Of a stretch of 64,000 nucleotides of DNA, positions 58,198 through 64,000 are shown in pieces (the stretch's first letter is position 1; every line of letters starts with the position of its first letter). Location: the NCBI RefSeq assembly GCF_018977255.1, contig NW_024704768.1, forward strand, positions 3,720,001 through 3,784,000, read 5' to 3'. This stretch comes from Callorhinchus milii (Eukaryota). The notes under the pieces are model-generated. The model made no database searches and was not told where the DNA came from. It saw nothing but the letters and a program-made list of their open reading frames with translations. Made by a program: the position numbers and the translations under genes.

Positions 58198-60761
58198 GGG
58201 ATCTCTGGTCAAGGTGTATTGGCGAATGCATCTTCAGAGACCAAGACAGGAACTACAACCACACAACAACAACAACAACAACAACACACGACAGACAGTC
58301 ACACAGCCCTTCAGGTCGGGAGGACGTCCCAAGGCGCTGGACGGTCAGGGATTTGGACACGAGCTGGGGGTCGGGATCAGGAGGGGGTGGAGGGCGGGGA
58401 GGGTGGGGGAGTAGGAGGGTGACCAAAGGCACGGTTGGTCGAAGAGTAAGGTCTTGAGATGTGCCTTGAAGGAGGCGAGCGAAGAGAGGGGGGCGAGGCG
58501 GAGGGACTGTGGGATGGATTTCCAAAGGATGGTGGGTGTGGGGAGGGGGACAGAGAGAACTGAAGGCCGGGGTAGGGAGGGTCAAGGCCGCGGAGGGCTT
58601 TGTCTCGCGAAGGCGAGGGCGAGGGTTCTGAAACTCTATCCTCCCCCCCCGTGGGGGGAGAGTGGACTGACCTCGAAGCAGATTGATGGGAATCCAGAAG
58701 AGATATAAAACTCACCTCTAAATCTAAGTCGGTATCTTTTCCTGTTGGGAGTTGATTGATGGGCGGTTGGCGTTGGCTCTCAGTGCCCATCAGATCCATC
58801 ATTCCTTTCATCACCTGTGTTTCCATGTCCCGCTGTGTGGAATCATCGCAGTCGTACGTTATATCAGAGCCGTGGAAACACTTCGAAAAATGTTCGTTTG
58901 GATTTATTGTCACTCAGAAATTCCCCACCATCAAAAGCTCCCCCCGCCCTGTCACCCCCCCCTCCCCACCCCACCCCGATCCCAACACCCCCTCTCCCCC
59001 CACCCCGCGCCCGCCCCCCCCCCCCCCACCCCAGCTCCAACTCCAACTCCACGCCACAGACACATTGACTGTTTCACCCGCAAGACACACAGTCACCACA
59101 CTTCACGGCGGATCCTTTGAGAAGCGAGCGCTTTTCGGAGACGTCCTGGCCACGCGACGAGGCGCAGTATCGAATGTGAGGATCGTTGGGAATTATTTAT
59201 TATTCCGATCGTGATTAGCTCTGGGTCAAGTCTCGTTGCGGGTAATTCGAAGCCGAGGTGGGTCTGGTTCTCGTTAAGTCCGGTGCTGGAGGAGCTCGGA
59301 TCAGGACACGCTGTACGCAGAGTCTCTGAAACGCGCTAAACTGTTTGCTAATTACGCTAATTACACTGTGGGGCCCTGGAACTTAGTGGTTAGAGCACTC
59401 GCCTCGCGGGCAAGAGGACCCTGGTTCGATTCCTGGTCGGGACGAAACCTTGGGCAAGTTTCCTTACGCCACACGCGCGCGCGCCCGCGCGCACACGCGC
59501 GCCTCTGTTTACCCCGCAGTAAGCAGGAGCCCGGCTGTTAGCCGATCAGTGGGGGTAATAATCCCTTCAAAATAAAATAATAATAGTTTCCGTGGCCGCC
59601 ATGTTTCGCCCACACAATATAAAGTTAATTCACTTTACAGTATATTCTGTGAAGGTGTTTGAGACGTCTCAACGACGTGATCAGGCGCTGAATCGAATGA
59701 AAGGATTATTATTATATATATATATATTATACAATATATAATATATCAATTATATTATGTCCTGTGTGGGGGCAGGGCAGGGTTTTGGAGTGGGGTGGGG
59801 GGGGGGGGGGTGGGGGTTGGAGTGGGGGAAAGGGGTTCCTTTCAAACAAACCTATCAAGGTTCAGTGTAAATGGTTAAGTATTAAAGNNNNNNNNNNNNN
59901 NNNNNNNNNNNNNNNNNNNNNNNNNNNNNNNNNNNNNNNNNNNNNNNNNNNNNNNNNNNNNNNNNNNNNNNNNNNNNNNNNNNNNNNNNNNNNNNNNNNN
60001 NNNNNNNNNNNNNNNNNNNNNNNNNNNNNNNNNNNNNNNNNNNNNNNNNNNNNAGATATGTGAGAGAAAGAGAAAATATGTGAGAGAGAGGGAATGGTGC
60101 GAGGAAATGAGTGAGAGCATATGTGTGTATGAGAGAGAGGTGTGTGGAGTGTGTGTGTAGTGTGTGTGCAGGTGTATGTGTGTGTAGTGTGTGTGTGTGC
60201 AGGTGTGTGTGTAGTGTGTGTGCAGGTGTGTGTGTGTGGTGTGTGCAGGTGTGTGTGTGTAGTGTGTGTACAGGTGTGTGTGTGTAGCGTGTGTGCAGGG
60301 GTATGTGTGTGTCTGTAGGAGAGTGTCTGTGAGTAAAGTGTCTGTAGGAGAGTGTGTGTGTGTGATGTGTGTAGTGTATGTTAAAGAGTGTGGAGTGGGT
60401 TGTGTTAGTGAGTGAATGAAAAAGTGGTGAGAGATTGAGAGAGTGAGTGACAGAGAGAGTGAGTGAGAGAGTGAGTGAATGAGAGAGTAAGTGACAGAGA
60501 GAGAGTGAGTGACAGAGAGAGTGAGTGAGAGTGAGTGAATGAAAGAGTGAATGAGAGAGAGTGAATGAGTGACAGAATGAGTGAGTGAGTGAGTGAATGA
60601 GAGAGAGAGAGAGTGACAGAGAGAGGAAATAACGTTGAATTGTAACCTCACATGGACACACACAACCAAACGACCTGTTAGTCTATCTGACACCCCCCCC
60701 ACACCCCCTCCCCTCCCCCCCCCCTCTCCCCCCCCCCCCTCCCCCCCTCCCCCCACCCCCT

Positions 60762-60840
60762 TGACAGCCTTTTGTTGCCTCTTCAGCCAATCCCCGATTT
60801 TTACGACACGAGACTTGTAGCCAAAGTTGTCATATAAAAG
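60762..60840 (+). promoter_or_regulatory. GDF11/MSTN-family core promoter
   Basis: TGACAG 60762, AGCCAATC 60785, ACGACAC 60803, TATAAAA 60833. Confidence 0.7.
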
Positions 60841-60917
60841 GGGTCGCAGTTTAGAGCATTTATTATTATAGCAGTTTGTTACCCGGGACTCCCACCCCTC
60901 TGTCTGTGCATCTCTCT

Positions 60918-61185
60918 CTCCCTCTGCATCCCTCTCCCTCCCTCTGCATCCCTCTCCCTCCCTCTGCATCCCTCTCCCTCCCTCTGCATCCCTCTCCCTC
61001 CCTCTGCATCCCTCTCCCTCCCTCTGCATCCCTCTCCCTCCCTCTGCATCCCTCTCCCTCCCTCTGCATCCCTCTCCCTCCCTCTGCATCCCTCTCCCTC
61101 CCTCTGCATCCCTCTCCCTCCCTCTGCATCCCTCTCCCTCCCTCCACATCCCTCTGCATCCCTCTCCCTCCCTCTGCATCCCTCT
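60918..61185 (+). repeat. 20-bp minisatellite (CCCTCTGCATCCCTCTCCCT)n
   Basis: About 12 near-perfect copies between the TATA box and the ATG. Confidence 0.95.
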
Positions 61186-61639
61186 CTCTCTCCCTCCCTC
61201 CCTCCCTCTTGACTTGTGTGTGTGTATCTTTCTATCCATCGATTTGTGAGCTGATTTTCAATTGGGACACTCACACACTCACTCATTCATTCATTCATTC
61301 ATTCACACACACAACACACACAGGACTCCTATCCTCTCTCTGTCTCTCTGTCTGTCTGTCTCTCTGTCTCTCTGTCTGTCTGTCTGTCTGTCTCTTTCCT
61401 GACTGTGTGTGTGTATCCATCTGTTGTGTGAGCTGTTTTCAACTGACACACAGACACACACACAGTTACTCACAGACACAGACACTCACACACTCACAGA
61501 CACACACACAGTCACTCACAGACAGACACACAGTCGCAGACACACACTCACAGACAGTCACACACTCACAGACAGTCACACACTCACAGACAGTCACACA
61601 CTCACACACAGTCACACACACACACCACAGTCACACACA

Positions 61640-62128
61640 ATGCTCACATCACACCTCTCTGTGCTACTCCTCGCTCTGATCTCCTCGGGAGTGACGGGCT
61701 CTGGGCAGGAGGTGGGGGCCGGACCTCCGGGGGGGGCAGAGGCAGAGGCAGAGGCGGAGGCGGAGGCGGAGGCGGAGGACCCGGAGTGGCTCCAGTGTCC
61801 GGGGAGAGGATGGAGGGGGGAGTGGGGGGGGGAGTGGGGGGAGTGGGGGGCACTGCCCGGGACTGTCCCGCCTGTACTTGGAGGGAACACAGCAAAGCGC
61901 TGCGGTTGGAGTCCATCAAGTCGCAGATCCTCAGTAAGTTGCGGCTGAAACACGCCCCGAACATCAGCCGCGACACCGTCAACCAACTGCTGCCCAAAGC
62001 GCCCCCTCTGCAGCAGCTCCTCGACCAGTACGACATCCAGAGCGACGGCTGTGCCTCACAGGAGAGCGCTCTGGAGGAGGACGAGTACCACTCCACCACC
62101 GAGACTGTCATCACCATCGCCACAGAGA
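61640..62128 (+). CDS. GDF11: GDF11 (GDF8/11 family) exon 1: signal peptide and prodomain N-terminus, with one apparent frameshift
   Basis: [17 protein letters not shown] signal peptide; [77 protein letters not shown]|gtgagt. [15 protein letters not shown] and linkage to ORMDL2/DNAJC14 favour GDF11 over MSTN. Confidence 0.85.
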
Positions 62129-62139
62129 GTGAGTCACCG

Positions 62140-62880
62140 CGTGTGGGACTGTGTGTGGGACTGTGTGTGTGTGGGACTGTGTGTGTGTGGGACTGTGTGT
62201 GGGACTGTGGGACTGTGTGTGGGACTGTGTGTGTATGGGACTGTGTGTGGGACTGTGTGTGTGTGTGTGTGACTGTGTGTGTGTCACTGTGTGTGTGTGG
62301 GACTGTGTGTGTGTGGGGGGGACTGTGTGTGGGACTGTGTGTGTGGGGGGGGACTGTGTGTGGGACTGTGGGACTGTGTGTGGGACTGTNNNNNNNNNNN
62401 NNNNNNNNNNNNNNNNNNNNNNNNNNNNNNNNNNNNNNNNNNNNNNNNNNNNNNNNNNNNNNNNNNNNNNNNNNNNNNNNNNNNNNNNNNNNNNNNNNNN
62501 NNNNNNNNNNNNNNNNNNNNNNNNNNNNNNNNNNNNNNNNNNNNNNNNNNNNNNNNNNNNNNNNNNNNNNNNNNNNNNNNNNNNNNNNNNNNNNNNNNNN
62601 NNNNNNNNNNNNNNNNNNNNNNNNNNNNNNNNNNATGTGTGAGACTGTGTGTGTATGTGTGTGACTGTGTGTGTGTGACTGTGTGTGTATGTGTGTGACT
62701 GTGTGTGTGTGTGTGACTGTGTGTGTATGTGACTCGTACTGTGACTGTATGTGTGTGACTGTATGTGACTGCGTGTGTGAGAGACTGTGTGTGTGTGACT
62801 GTGTGTGTGAGAGACTGTGTGTGTGTGTGTGTGACCTTGTGTGTGTGTGTGTGTGTGACTGTGTGTGTGTGTGAGACTGA
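62140..62880. repeat. (GGGACTGTGTGT)-type and (TG)n tandem repeats in GDF11 intron 1, with an N gap
   Basis: Seen directly. Confidence 0.9.
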
Positions 62881-63748
62881 GACTCTTACTGTGACTGTGT
62901 GTGGTGTGACAGGGCGATGCAGTGACTGTGTGTGACAGGGAGGTGTAGTGACTGCGTGTGTGAGACAGGGAGGTGTAGTGACTGTGACGCTGACTGTTAC
63001 TGTGACTGTAGGCTGCAGCAGACAGAGAGTGCAAGTGGTCTGTAGATTGTCGGATGGAGATGGAGAGAGAGAGTTAGAGGGATAGAGAGGAGAGAGAGAG
63101 AGAGAGAGAGAGAGAATGTGTTTCTGCTGCTTTTATGGATCAATTTGTTTTTAATTTGTTCTGAAATTATAATAACAGTCGGTGCAGTCGGTGTACGAGT
63201 CGTCCGATAACCTTAAACCGTAAAGTGTTGAGGTGTGTGTCGATAGAAGCTGTTTGTTTTTTCGCGGGGGGCGGCGGGTGGGGGGGAAAAAGAAGCGCAG
63301 AGAGTTGAGTCCAAAGCCGCCGAATCCTTTTTCGGTCACAATAATAGACGTTGCGTTCGATTATGGAGCTGTACCGGGTGGTCGAGACGTCTCAAAGCGC
63401 AGCCGCAGACTGTCCTGCGAAGTGACGCGGACCGTACGGTGTCTGTTATGGGTGAAATTATAAGTGAGGAGCGCGTTGGGAGCGATCGATGTCGGACGCG
63501 TTCCGCCTTATCCCCCTCGACGTGGCGAGAGGCGCTGAGCGGTGCGGTGCCCCCCCCTCCCCCCCCGTCTCTTACGGATTTCATTTCAAAAGGTTCCCCC
63601 TTGGATCGTTGACACGGTTCCCCACTCCCATCCCAGCCGCCCCCGCAACATCCCCCCCCCCCAACACTCCCCCACCCCCCCACCACCCCCACCCGCCTCC
63701 CGCCCCCGGAAAAAAACACACAAACACAAACAAACAAGAAAGGAACAG

Positions 63749-63783
<35 letters not shown>

Positions 63784-64000
63784 TCCAATCCATTCACTCA
63801 AACCCCAACACAATGGGGTTGGGAACATTTGGAAGTTTATGATGGCTTCAGAGAGAGATTTTATTGAGGCGCTAATATAAATCAGTGCTTTCAACCCCCC
63901 CCCATCACCCCTGCCCACCCCCCACTCTCTCCCGCAACACTCCCCGCCCCCCCCCCCCCCCCCCCCCCCCACCACCCTTGTACAACGGAGAAAGAGACCT

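Noticed and set aside
60918-61185. Regular repeats that could suggest a CRISPR array (also 12310-12540 and 53165-53495)
   Set aside because: Head-to-tail minisatellites without unique spacers, in a vertebrate locus with no cas genes
61640-62128. Calling the TGF-beta gene MSTN
   Set aside because: Linkage to ORMDL2/DNAJC14 and the [15 protein letters not shown] residues fit GDF11 better; not fully excluded without the mature domain

Overview
This is GC-rich vertebrate genomic DNA from a gapped draft assembly. The repeat content (a tRNA-Ala-headed SINE with Deu-domain-like body, CR1/L2 3' ends, a palindromic MITE-like element) suggests a cartilaginous fish; this species assignment is inference. 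Six spliced genes were reconstructed by hand from GT-AG boundaries and reading-frame phase: GLS2 (-, exons 1-6, running off the left edge), NAB2 (-), NEMP1/TMEM194A (+, 9 exons, about 418 aa), DNAJC14 (+, J-domain to C-terminus), ORMDL2 (-, complete, 153 aa) and exon 1 of GDF11 (+, MSTN/GDF11 family). The centre is structurally odd: an ~8.3 kb near-identical direct duplication (24475-32781 / 33779-42259) carries the NEMP1 promoter and exons 1-6, and DNAJC14 pieces are scattered inside NEMP1 intron 6. The breakpoints rejoin cleanly through split SINEs, so this is most likely mis-assembly. The best biological candidates are: a NAB2 with an in-frame loss of most of NCD2, an alternative GLS2 first exon, a myostatin-type core promoter on the GDF11-syntenic gene, an amplified NF-Y/PBX-PREP array at the NEMP1 promoter, an orphan promoter, and a phase-consistent unidentified minus-strand exon chain between ORMDL2 and GDF11. 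Most long ORFs in the supplied track are microsatellite or N-gap artefacts. Homologies are from memory of the protein families; no searches were run.
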